A DNA stretch of 62,367 nucleotides from Gonapodya sp. JEL0774 (Eukaryota): the NCBI GenBank assembly GCA_027604505.1, contig JADIIX010000136.1, positions 1-62,367 on the forward strand, written 5' to 3'. Positions 51,475 to 62,367 of this stretch are shown piece after piece. Positions within the stretch are counted from its first letter, which is position 1; each line of letters begins with the position of its first letter. Below the pieces are notes generated by a model. It had not been told where the DNA came from. It did no database searches and saw nothing but the letters and a program-made list of their open reading frames with translations. The translations under genes were made by a program, and so were the position numbers.

Positions 51475-51732
51475 TGAAGGCGACAAAAGAAGACAACTGT
51501 TTCGTGGACGATGGGTGGAATCGTGCTTTGTTCGAAATGCGTGCTCCCCTCGCTCGCTGACTGTGGCCGCACCCGTGGGGTTGGTTCGCGGAGCTTGGCC
51601 ATGCAGAGCCGGCCAACGAACACTCGCCCCCAATCCTCGCCCAATCCACAGAAAAGAACGTCGGGTGTCCCACGCATTCTTCAGCCCGCATAATTGCCCC
51701 TTCTGCTCCATACTTTTCGGGGAGTTAACAAC

Positions 51733-54285
51733 ATGGCCAGCGGTCAACAAGCAGCACGGAATAAGCTCGCAGACGCGCTGAACGGAATCGACTTGGATAG
51801 CCTTCAAACCGGGCACCCTTCACATTTGGTACCTCTGACCAAGGATCAGGTGAGCCTTGTTGGGATATGACTTCTCGAGATTGACACGAACACTCACATG
51901 TCGGGCCGACAGTATGTGAATCCGTCGATCGAGGACCGGGCATCCCTCTTGGAGCACGTGCGACACATGCTTGAGGAAGGAGCTGGGGAGGCGATCATGG
52001 AGATTGGCGTCGATGGTGAGCTAAATGTGTGTGAGAAAGCCCACGTACACATCCCACCAAAATTGATTTAATACGACTTTAGACGAGGGTCACTCCATGA
52101 AACTCGCCAAAGATGAACACAGTCGATTTGTGGCAAACGTCTCCGCTGCTGCCAACCAACTCCAGGCGGACGTAACAGTCCTCTTCGACCATTCCCAACC
52201 TCTCACAACATTAGCTTCCACCGGCAGCTCCACAAACGGTACAAAAGAAACTAACGTTGCGAACGGTGGACTAACTACTGCAACTGGAGCTGCTCCTGTA
52301 GTTGAGCACCACGGTGCAATAGAGGTGAAGACAACTGTGCCACTCATGTCCCGATGTTGTCACCAAAAACCTTTGGATTCAGGCTTCCCACTCGCATATC
52401 CTTATTCGACAGCGCCCCGGTAACATTGAGAAGATGCTTGAGATTCGGGTCGCCGTGGTCGGAAATGTTGATGCAGGTCCGTGCGGTGAACGTGATCGAG
52501 GAAGCTCAACAACAATTTCCACAGATCCCATTTATCGACCCAGGCAAATCCACTCTTCTGGGTGTATTGACCAAGGACGTTCTGGACGATGGCCGAGGAA
52601 GGGCACGAGTCAACCTTTTTCGACACAAGCACGAGATTGAGTCCGGGCGAACGTCCAGCATTGGCCTTGAGATCCTGGGGTTCGACTCCAAGGGAAAGGT
52701 CTTGCGAAGCGAAGACGAGAAGCGGAAAATGTCGTGGGAGGAGATCTGCAGTAATGCAAGCAAGGTGGGCGAGCTTTTTGGGTTGTCATTTGTTCGTCAA
52801 GGAGAATGTGATCTCATCGTGGGGGGACTGGTAATTTAAGGTTATATCCTTCACGGATCTTGCCGGTCACGAACGGTATCTTAAAACTACCGTGTTCGGA
52901 CTGACAGGTTGCACCCCCGATTACGTGATGGTGTGTGCTATTCATCTGTGCTTTATCAGATACATCCTCCACAAATCTACATCCTCATTGCTTTTCTTGT
53001 AGCTCATGATCGGTGCTAATGCTGGATTCATTGGCATGACGAAGGAACATCTTGGACTCGCGATCTGCCTCAACCTGCCAGTGTTCATTGTCGTAACCAA
53101 GATTGATATGGCCCCTCCTAATGTCCTGGAAACGACCATCAACCAAATAACCAAAATTCTGAAGAGCGCGGGCTGCCGGAAGATCCCCATGTTCGTTAAG
53201 AACGAAGCGGATGTGGTGGACGTGGTTGACAAATTCGTCTCCGAGCGCGTCTGCCCGATATTTCAAGTCAGGTATATTGGCGCAATCTCCTTGTTATTTG
53301 TTGTTTCGAGACAATTCCGTACTCTGTTTTTGATTCGCAGCAACGTTACCGGTGTCGGATTAGCGCCGCTCTTGCTCTTCATGAACCTCTTGCACAGCCC
53401 AGCACGGTCCCGATACCACCCATCTGCGTCTGTAGAATATCAAATAACAGACACCTTCTCCGTACCAGGTGTCGGGACGGTGGTCAGTGGGACTTTGGTG
53501 GACGGAACAGTGCGGATAGGCGACACCCTTGTCTTGGGACCAGACTCAACCGGACACTTTGTGCCAACCATGGTGAAGGGAATACAGAGAAAGCGGTGTG
53601 TAGTATCTCAATTCTTGACCACCTACACTTAAACCTCCTCTTATCGAATCTCCCCACTTATCATTTCCAGAGTGAATGTTTCGTACGCAACCGCGGGACA
53701 GTCGTGCACTTTTGCGCTGAAGAAGATAAAGCGCTCGTTTATTCGAAAGGGAATGGTTTTGCTGTCCAAAACCAATCCGCCACCCCAAGCGAGTCGAGAG
53801 TTTGAAGCGGAAGTGGTGGTTCTGTTCCATTCGACCACTATCGGGAACAAGTACCAAGCGGTGAGTAAATCTCTTTTTGTTTTGTCGGTAACGGAACCAA
53901 ATCTGAGCTCGGGTACGTCCTGTACCGAAGATGCTTCACTCCGGTTGCATTCGGCAAACAGCGCGAATAGTGGACATGGTGAGCAGTTGCTGATTGACGC
54001 TTCGAACACACACGCTCCTTATCATGCATCAAATTCAGTCTCAAGGCGTTTTACGAACAGGCGACCGGGCTAATGTTCGCTTCCGGTGAGTTTGGATGTT
54101 TCGATTTTGTGCCTGCTCTGAAAAGATTTCCAACCATTCTCATTATTCCTGCTGCGGTTAGCTTCATTCAACATCCTGAGTATTTAAAGCCTGGCGCACG
54201 ATTGCTTTTCCGTGAGGGCCGGACAAAGGGTGTGGGGAAGGTGGTACGAACATTTTCTGACAGTGGACAGTTAGTGTCTCAGTAG
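51733..54285 (+). CDS. GTPBP1: GTPBP1/2-type translational GTPase
   Basis: [20 protein letters not shown]...[58 protein letters not shown] and [10 protein letters not shown]. Confidence 0.93.
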
Positions 54286-54384
54286 AACCATGTCCATTAG
54301 TCACCGATAACGTGGAATCGCTTCAATTTGTAGAATATGGTACATTCATTTGAATAAGCCCTCCAGAAAGGGGGCAAATTATGA

Positions 54385-55404
54385 TCAGCACGAGCTAAGA
54401 TTATCCAACCAAGCCCCCTCGAGTTTGTGTCGTGTTCGAGTACTTTGTTTGATAATCTGAACGTTGTTGGTCGGAGGCATGCATGATTCAGACAGCCATG
54501 GTACCCAGTCACCGGATTCAAGCCGAGGGGGAAAAGGCAGTTAGAAAGCATTGGTTGGCTAGGGCAAAACGGGCGGAGTTCGCGACGGCGGAGCATACCC
54601 TTTTCCCGGCGAAAGAGAAGAATATGCGGTTCTGGATCTGAGAAAAAGCAAAAACAGCACAGCTGTGTCAGCTCGGAGAGCTTTCTGCACCGCAATCCTG
54701 CGTGCTCCATTCAGGGTTGGTGGGATATTAAATGGATATGAACTTCCAGAGTACACTTGTACAGAGCGCGCATAGCCGTAATGTGAAAAGCAAGACTGTC
54801 ACTCAGCTTCTGATGACGACGACTGAATGTCACTGACTCATCACCACCGCTTTCCTTTGGCGTTGTGACTTCCACGATAATCAATCACCAGACAGATAGT
54901 TCGTCTGCACTCACCATGTAGCATAAAGTGAACCCATCCTACACTTTGCTTGATTCCGAATGCTCGCCATTCCTGTTCCGTCAGGATCCGTTTTGGCACC
55001 CACTTGGCGATGGGCTTAGGGAGGATTACTAGTTACCCGTTGTTCAACACAGAAGAGAGGGCAGACAAAATTCCAGATTGCCCGGAGCATGGCAATTGGA
55101 AGAAAGGTTTGTATAGGAACACATGAACTCGCAGACTTTCCGAACGGAAGAAAGTGATGGACTCACCATGGCGGTACTGCTCTCCGAAGAAGTTCCATCA
55201 GGTCCCAGGTTACATTGAGTGCATTAGCCGGTGGAATAGGTAGCGCCAATGATATTTTGGAGTCAAATCACCGCTTTTTGTGGACTGCTGGTGATTTTGC
55301 TGAACCCTCGTTGCACTACCCACCTCAAACTTGTCGTCGTTGTACCTCGCCGAGTAAAATATCTCCTCCTCATGATCTTGAATGTCGCGAGCTTGGTCGT
55401 CCAT
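54385..55404 (-). CDS. CKS1: Cyclin-dependent kinase regulatory subunit Cks1/Suc1 (5 coding exons incl. a 10-nt microexon)
   Basis: [73 protein letters not shown]...*. Confidence 0.92.
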
Positions 55405-55690
55405 CTGTTAGCGGATCGCAAAAGGGGGGACAGTTCGTCAATTCCAGAATCCTAACGCCAACAGTCAACGCAACAGAAGGGACAAGAACGAACGTTCAGA
55501 GGAAGGGGATAGTTTCAATCAGCACTGTTGGCGTCTCGTCTCAGATTCGGGCTCAAATCAAAGTAGGCGAGCAAAATCGATTGATGAAAATCAATCGATG
55601 TGTTTGTGAAGTCACAGAATGTCCGCGTGCACAACAAGTCTTCTCTTCCAACCACTTCTCGTTCTTTTTCGAGACAAAAATTGTAATGAA

Positions 55691-56998
55691 TCAAGTTACT
55701 ATCTGTGTCTTCGCACCAACTTTACGACTCCATGGAGGCGGCGGTGCCGCGCTAGGTTTTCGGTCCAGTGGCATGTCCAACCGCCGGCGTTTCATGTACT
55801 TAACCAGCCGGTCGTAATGAGTTGGTTTATTTGCAGTCGGGTGCGAGAGGAGGACGAATTTGAGGTGTGCTGTAGGGCGGGTTTGAACTGAAGAGAACAT
55901 TTGAGTGAGTACGCAAGACGCAAGAGGAGGGTTCCACTGCCACATTGTTGAACGTGTTCATTCATATCTCGGGATTCGTGCGAGACTGACTAAACCCCAA
56001 AGCATAGGCCTCTGGTTTCGGTTTCGGGTTTCCAACGAACCACTGAGTGCCAACTGAAAATCTGACAGACCACTCACTTCCCATTCTAGCTCTTCCTTTT
56101 ATATCCAGCATTTTTTGGACAAGACCTTTTCCTACAAAGGCTTCCTTGATGTACAACTCTTCTGGCTTTGCACCTAGATTGTGCACGGCGGCGGCACGGG
56201 CGTTATGCAACGCATGTGCGACACGACGTGCGGGGCCCCGTGTTGAAAATTGTAGCTGAACAAGAGCTGGAAGCAGGAGGAACGAGTACGAGTCAGCGTC
56301 ACTAGAACAGCAGGTGAAATTTATAACACTGGGCTGAGCGTGCGATTCCTCCATTCCAACTCCATCATTTAGAATGATGTCTCCAGAACAGTTCAAGATA
56401 GAAAAACGAAGGGTGCAGGTATTCCTCTTCATTGCCCACTATTGGGATCATTATAACACACGGTAATAGTTCAACTATCCACTCGCGAGGCCGTGCGAAA
56501 AAGCACTCTAGAATCGCGATAGCATTGGCTGTGACCACTACTACACTCACCTTCCTCAACGGTCTTGCCTCTGATCAGTTGTGCCAGTTGGTTCAATCGT
56601 CGAGGGGAATATCGGAAGTTGCCAGTGGAGTAGACCTGCCTCTTGCCACTCTCTAGCTCCTTTGGGAGAATCGTTAGAGGAACTGACTTGAAGAAGGTAT
56701 CGGAATCGTCGTTCGATAATTGAGAAATAATGGGCGACTCCCTCTTGGTGGGAGAAGCTTCCAAATCGAAAAGCGGGGAAAAGGAAGAGGACTGGCGCTT
56801 TGGAGCATGGATTGATAAAGGGACTTTCGATACAAAGCAGGAGGGAGGGCTCGCAGGTGAGGATGTCGGCGATTGTGGACAGTGGACATGCCCATCACTC
56901 CAACGAGACAGATATTGAATGGAACGTCCCTGTAGGCGTTGGCAGGCCCTCGAATGTTGTGAAATTAGTGAGGTGGTAGCTCGAAGTGAGGAAGCCAT
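55691..56998 (-). CDS. MRPL22: Mitochondrial ribosomal protein uL22m
   Basis: NFRYSPRRLNQLAQLIRGKTVEE|ALVQLQFS...LYIKEAFVGKG...IKGRARMG|...RPTAHLKFVL, with a presequence-like N-terminus MASSLRATTS. Confidence 0.9.
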
Positions 56999-57590
56999 TG
57001 TCGAAATTTTACACGGGGTCAGGTGCATCGCATAGTTGCGGGATAATGTAGCACGGCAAGTCAGAACTCAAACAATCATGGCTCGATGATTCACAAACGA
57101 CTGACCATTTACATGTGTTGCAGTAAGCACAGTGTCGACAAAGTATGAAAGAGAAAAGCGGTTTTTATCTACTGTGAACCATTTGCGTGTGTAGTTTTTG
57201 TGACTCCCATTTCCCAGCGGAGAGATGCACAGGTCTACGAAAAAAAAGAATGGAGATTGCAGCCAAGTGGAGCTTGAACAAGTGCCTTTTACTTTCTGAG
57301 TTCTTTGCGGGGGAGCAATAGAGTCTGACGTCATGAATGCCGATACGCGCTTTCCACTTGCGCCGGCTGGTATTACATCGTCAGGATTATCCACGACGAT
57401 GTCGTGGATACGCAAAATAAGCTCAGCGTCAGGTCATGGTAAACTAAATAGACGAACGAAGAAAATGATTGTGCACGGACTTGCGAAGCCTAGCATTGTT
57501 CCTTAACGATGTACGACCTGCCGCACGAATTGCAGAATCGAAAGTTCCCAGCAAGATAACAATTCAATCCACTAAAGCTCTGTGATCAAA

Positions 57591-59158
57591 ATGGGTGTCG
57601 AGAATCCACGCGCAGAGTTGCATCACAACATTCGCTTCGTCATTCTCGTCTTGACAGTCATTGGTCACTCTCTGATCCTCGTCTTCTTTACGATCGCCCT
57701 ACGGTAAGAGAGCAACATGACATGCCGAGCGACTGAGCTGTTCCTGTACTCATAAGGCTTCTTGATCAATCAATCGCTGTTGACAGGTTTAAACCCGCTC
57801 TGTTTGGACCGATCAGCACACAGCTTCTACTTCTCATCGTCTTCGGAGGGTTTGTCGGCGCAGTAGGAATGCTTCATGGCAATGTTGCAAACAATCCATA
57901 CGACTTTTGGTGCAAGTGCGGCAACGTATTTGATTGATTCACACACATTGTCGTCATCAATATAACTGTTATCCTCCATCACCGCAGTACCCAGGGTCTA
58001 ACCATTGAGAGCGGACTCACGCTCAGCTACTGGTCTTCCTGTTCTGTCTGTACAGCCATATTTCGTACACTCGTTCTTAGGCGCCCTCAACCCTCTGGTT
58101 GGGGAAAGTGGGCGTTCCTTGCTGTTCCCATCAGTGCCGGCATCGTATTCGGAGCTTTGACTATTGGTCAGATGGGACCCAACTATGTGAGTTGCTAGAT
58201 CTCTAAAGCTTTCCTTCATTCTTCTCAGTATGTATAAAAATTCCGTGCCGATCAATGAAATGTCTTTTCAACAGATCGCAGATTGTTGGTTTGTCGACTC
58301 GACTGGGATCGCGGCAACACTTACCGGCGCCCAAGTTGCACTCTGTATCCTTTACAACTTAATTCTGGTTGCCATCTTGACGATAAAACTATCCAGGGAG
58401 ACAGCCGAGACATCGAAGATGCTGAGCGGCAAGGGTAACGCGGATCAAGTCAAGTCCACCGTTGACAGAGTTTCAAATCGCATGATTCTGGTCCGTTGGA
58501 TCGACTTGCCAATCAAAAATGTTTTGCCTTAAATTAACATAAATGAATCTCTCTCAGTATCCCATCATTACTCTCATGTGCGGTGGAACCGGTGTCGTAA
58601 CTCAACTGTTCGCCACTGATCCTGATGTTATTGCTTTTGGGTGTGAGTCTAACTGCCACTAGTACATCGCTCTACGCACTGCAAAGCTCTTTGTCAACCT
58701 TCGTTTGTGCAGATATGATGGTCTCATTCGAGGGAATCCTCAGTTTTGTTGCGTTTTTCGTTCTGGACCCTTCGGCCAACAATATGGCAACCAAGCTCAT
58801 CGCCGATCTCGGTAGTCATCGCTCGCCTATCGCACCTTACGTACTCCGCTATGTTCAAGCCTTCTCCAGGCTTAACGTGGCTGCTTGGGAGCAAAAGCCA
58901 AAGGGTAACGGTTCCTCAGCGAACCAAAGTGCATCTGCAGCTTCTTCCAGCGTTGCGTCATCTACCGGTATCAAGAAATCAAGCGCAAATCCGGCGCATG
59001 CTGAGAGGCCGATCAGCATGGGTAACATGGGGTCCGAAAGGAAAGTGAGCATCGCTGGCACCAATCCAACGGTGATCAAGACTGCGGACCAGCAGGTGGA
59101 CGCGATTCAGGAAGAGATTGGAAAAGATATTTCCCCAAGAGAAAATGCGAGTCTTTGA
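57591..59158 (+). CDS. Seven-transmembrane receptor-like protein (cAMP-receptor-like GPCR candidate), multi-exon
   Basis: Successive hydrophobic helices, FWCK before TM3, DCWF in ECL2, RMIL|YPII at TM6, EGILSFVAFFVLDP at TM7 and a Ser-rich cytosolic tail. Confidence 0.65.
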
Positions 59159-59412
59159 GATTCTTATCCCGGCAAGAAAGCATGGAATGTTTCACGGAAA
59201 GAAGCACGTCTTGTGAGGCAGACAAACAAGTGTAGAACAGAGCTCATGTAAGCACCGATATGTATCCCCCCTAGATCCTGTGTGTAAGAGTAAAATGATT
59301 ATTGTGTTGTTTTGAGCGGTGGGAGGATCTCAAGGATGAAAGATATGTTTGTTCTCGGGCTGTGGACTGTGTCATTCCAAAGCCGACTGAAGCGGCTGCG
59401 ATCTTTGGAACA

Positions 59413-60784
59413 ATGTCTGCCACTGCAACGACCGATGCACTTTCCACGAGTCCTACATCCTCCATTCCTTCAAAGCGAAGTCACAACGAGGTCGAGCCTG
59501 CCACCCCGCCTGCGTCCGAGTCTCCCCAACTTGAATCCGTCGACGCAACCGAACCCATCGTCCAAGAAAAGCGACCCGAGAAACCGGTGACTTTCAAAGT
59601 CCAATTCGGTGAGTTTCAATAGATTCTAATTCGTGTCGATCTTTTTACCCACTCGCAATTGCAGGGAAGGACGTTCACGAGATGACGATGGACCTCTCTG
59701 ACCGAGTATCGGAGCTCAAGAGCCGGGTGGAAGCGCTCACTGGAGTGCATACAAACCTGCAAAAACTGCTTTACAAGGGGAATCTGAAAGATGAGCAAAC
59801 GCTGGCAGAAGCGAAGCTGACAAGCTCCGCAAAAGTGATCCTCATGGTGGGGTGACAGTTTGGTGGCCTGAAACTCTGAACGCAACCTGGGCAGGTCACC
59901 CAACCTGTTTTTTCGTGGCGTTTTCCGCACAAGGCATCCAAAGTCGAGGACGTGCTTAAAGTTTCTGCCCCTCTGCCCGTCGCCTCTTCCAGTTCCTCGT
60001 CGTCCCCGTCGCCATCGTCTGCAAGTAACACCTGGTCCGAACAACTAGAACATAAAAAAATCATCGAAAAGGGAAAACCCGATGATGCAGAGGAGGGGTT
60101 TAAGGGTAGCAAGGTGAACTTCATCTGCGTGTGAAGTGAAGCGTGTGTCTCCCAATGTGCTCATTGCCTTTTCCGCGCCGCTACCTCCCCGCAGTTTGGC
60201 ATTCCAGCTCGAGGAGTAACGGGCCTTCTCAACCGCATTGGCCAGAAAACACGACTCACTTTCAAAGCCGAAACAGAGGAGCTCTGGATCGGAACTGCGG
60301 AACGGACACAAAAGGTACCACCGTTTGTGCGCGTGCTTCCTCTTCGATTCGCCTGAACACGGCGGAACGTAAACGACCCCCCACTGCAACCCCCGCCCGC
60401 CCTCTTCCGCCGCCGGCCGCGTCCCTGTTCCCCCTTCGTGCGCGCTAGGTTCCATACAACACCATCCGCGCTGTCACGAGCCAAGCAATAAAGGGTCACG
60501 AGGGGTACCACATTGTCGGCCTGCAAATGGGCCCTACAGACAAGGTTCGTACGTACCCCCGCACGGTTATAGTGTGTTTTTTTTTGGCATTGGGCACTCT
60601 CTTTGATTTCCCCCTCAACCCACATCGAGAGAGAGTAGTTGCTCATATCTGCCCCCTTCTCGTTGTCCCCCTGTTCTACCACCCAACCCACCCACAGTCG
60701 AATTACTGGCTCTATTGGGTCCCCGCTCAATACGTCGAGGCGATCAAGGACAAGATTTTAGGCCAGTGGCAACCGTTTGTATGA
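59413..60784 (+). CDS. UBFD1: Ubiquitin domain-containing protein UBFD1
   Basis: UBL domain (FKVQFG|KDVHEM...LTGVHTNLQKLLYKGNLKDEQTL), HKKIIEKGKPDDA, LWIGTAERTQK, GHEGYHIVGLQMGPT and YWLYWVPAQYVEAIKDKILG. Confidence 0.9.
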
Positions 60785-61214
60785 TGAATCGAAAGTACGC
60801 CATTGTACAAGTTTCCCCCCCCACCACCACTGCACACGCAAAATAAAGTGTCAAAACCACAAGAAAGAAAATCATATTGTCTTTTACATTGTAAACACAC
60901 AATCGGGATTGATTTCCCCAGGCCCCACCCCCGCGCCCCTTTTTCTTCTTCTTCGTCATCATGATGGAATCACAACCACATCCTGTGAAAAAGTACATAC
61001 GTATGTAGAATGGGTTCGAACACCGAACCCTGATCCGGGTCCGGTCCCGCTATGGTACACTTTTGAAAAAACGAACTGGGGGACTCCCCGCCCCACCCGG
61101 AGGTTGTCCCTTTTCCACAGCTCCTGCCCACGACCAAGTTACCAGCCACTGTCCACACATGCACCACGTCCTACCACGTCCAGTCGTCCACCACGTCCAC
61201 CCCACCCCACCCCC

Positions 61215-62090
61215 TCACCGCCCCCCCACCTCACACTCACACTCCCACCTCGTGACCGACGCCGCACCGAGTCTGATCCCCGCCACGTACCACACCGCGA
61301 CGGCGAAGCTGGAGGCGACGATCCACAGGACGAGCACCAGGGTGGTCCGCGTCAGTTGGATGTGGACAATGTAGGAGTTGGGGGTCGCTGGTAGGGGGGG
61401 GGGGGGGGGTAGGTGTGGCGTGTTCAGCACGAGCAGAGCAACACCGACCGACACATCGATCCACGACTCCGACTATCCCACGCATGCTCACCGTCGTGCC
61501 GCGCCACCACGCGCAGAAGAGGTACGATCCCCTCCCCCTCCCCCTCTGCGCCGGCGATCCCGATCCCGTTCCCGTCCTTGACCGCCGCCCGGACCACCAC
61601 TCGCGCGTCGGCACCTTCGCCACCACCACCCATCTCTCCCGCGCGGCGGTCGTCCACGTCCACGTCCGCCTTGGTCTCGCTACCACCACCAGCAGGCACA
61701 CCATCACCACCACCACCCTCCCCGCCGTGTCCGAGCCGGCCCACATCCACCTCTCCCTCGCCACCCCACCAACCGAGGTCCCTTTCGTCCAGGTTCCCCG
61801 CCACCTCGAGCACCTTTCCTTGCCACCTCACAGCCCACCCTCCCCCACCCCCATTTCCACCCCCTGGCTCGCTCCCCCGAACCTCCACGCCGACCTGGAC
61901 CTTTTGGGGGATCTTGAGTACCACCAGTGCCGTCTCGACCGACGGTTCGCAGAGCGAGTCGCGCAATTTGACAGGCATGGTGGACCACGAGACGCGGGCG
62001 ACGTGGGAGGCGGACAAGGGGAAGGCGGAGGAGAGGAGGAGGTCGGCGCCACGGGGGAAGTGGGAGACGGGGATGTGGAGGATGTAGAGG
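61215..62090 (-). CDS. Possible C-terminal exons of an unidentified membrane protein, truncated at the window end
   Basis: Protein-like minus-strand stretches (YILHIPVSHFPRGADLLL..., WQGKVLEVAG..., TLVLVLWIVASSFAVAVWYVAG) separated by poly-C/G intron-like tracts. No family recognised. Confidence 0.3.
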
Positions 62091-62367
62091 GAGGGAGACT
62101 TTGGGGGGGGGGGGTAAGGGGGGGAGGGAGTCACACGACAGGCGACATGCCATGCAACGAAACCCATCCGACCAAAAAAAAAAAGTAAGTACAGTAAAAT
62201 GGAAAAAAAAAAAAAGACAGAAACCACCACCACCACCACACTCAACCCAGGCCGTCCCACGCCACCCTACACCCCCCCGGACCACCCCCCCCCCGCCCCC
62301 CCGGCCCGGGGTGGCCCGCGCCAGCGCGGCGGGACCGCACCCCGGCCCCCAGCCGCAGCCGCCCCCG

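Noticed and set aside
54700..54850. GUGAUGA and CUGA boxes in CKS1 intron 3 (possible C/D snoRNA)
   Set aside because: No convincing terminal stem or recognisable rRNA guide, and such short motifs occur by chance.
1..62367. Selenoprotein (in-frame TGA/SECIS), TGA-CTA readthrough to a cryptic PTS1, and U12-type introns
   Set aside because: Checked by eye. Apparent in-frame stops resolve as introns, the stop contexts I examined are not TGA-CTA, and no RTATCCTT motif sits at a needed donor. This was not an exhaustive computational scan.

Overview
Gene-dense, intron-rich eukaryotic DNA from a fungus. The gene content (Phactr-like RPEL protein, UBFD1, AASDH, GTPBP1, short animal-type CKS1, alongside APSES, Pcl cyclin and VNX1) suggests an early-diverging zoosporic lineage such as a monoblepharid or chytrid; this is inference. 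I reconstructed about 26 spliced protein-coding genes by hand from motifs and GT-AG junctions: HAD dehalogenase, Pho85-type cyclin, RPS27, Munc13/MUN-C2 protein, GATA factor, Ady2/FUN34 transporter, 2OG-Fe(II) dioxygenase, SulP transporter, thiolase-like protein, APSES protein, uL2m, RNF10/Mag2, a C2H2 TF, LigE-like GST, GH30 galactanase, AASDH-like NRPS, VNX1, Phactr-like protein, Set9, GTPBP1, CKS1, uL22m, a 7TM receptor, UBFD1 and two unknowns. I saw no rRNA, tRNA, CRISPR array or transposon. Both ends are GC-rich with poly-G/poly-C tracts, and a 10-N gap lies at 4099-4108. The most notable observations are a strand-specific, heavily structured RNA in the long last intron of RPS27, a fungal Phactr-like RPEL/PP1 protein, Set9 with a possible fused PWWP/Tudor module, and a bacterial LigE-like GST with a PTS1 next to a signal-peptide-less GH30 and an A-T-PQQ NRPS. 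All calls come from motif recognition without database searches, and exon boundaries are manual.
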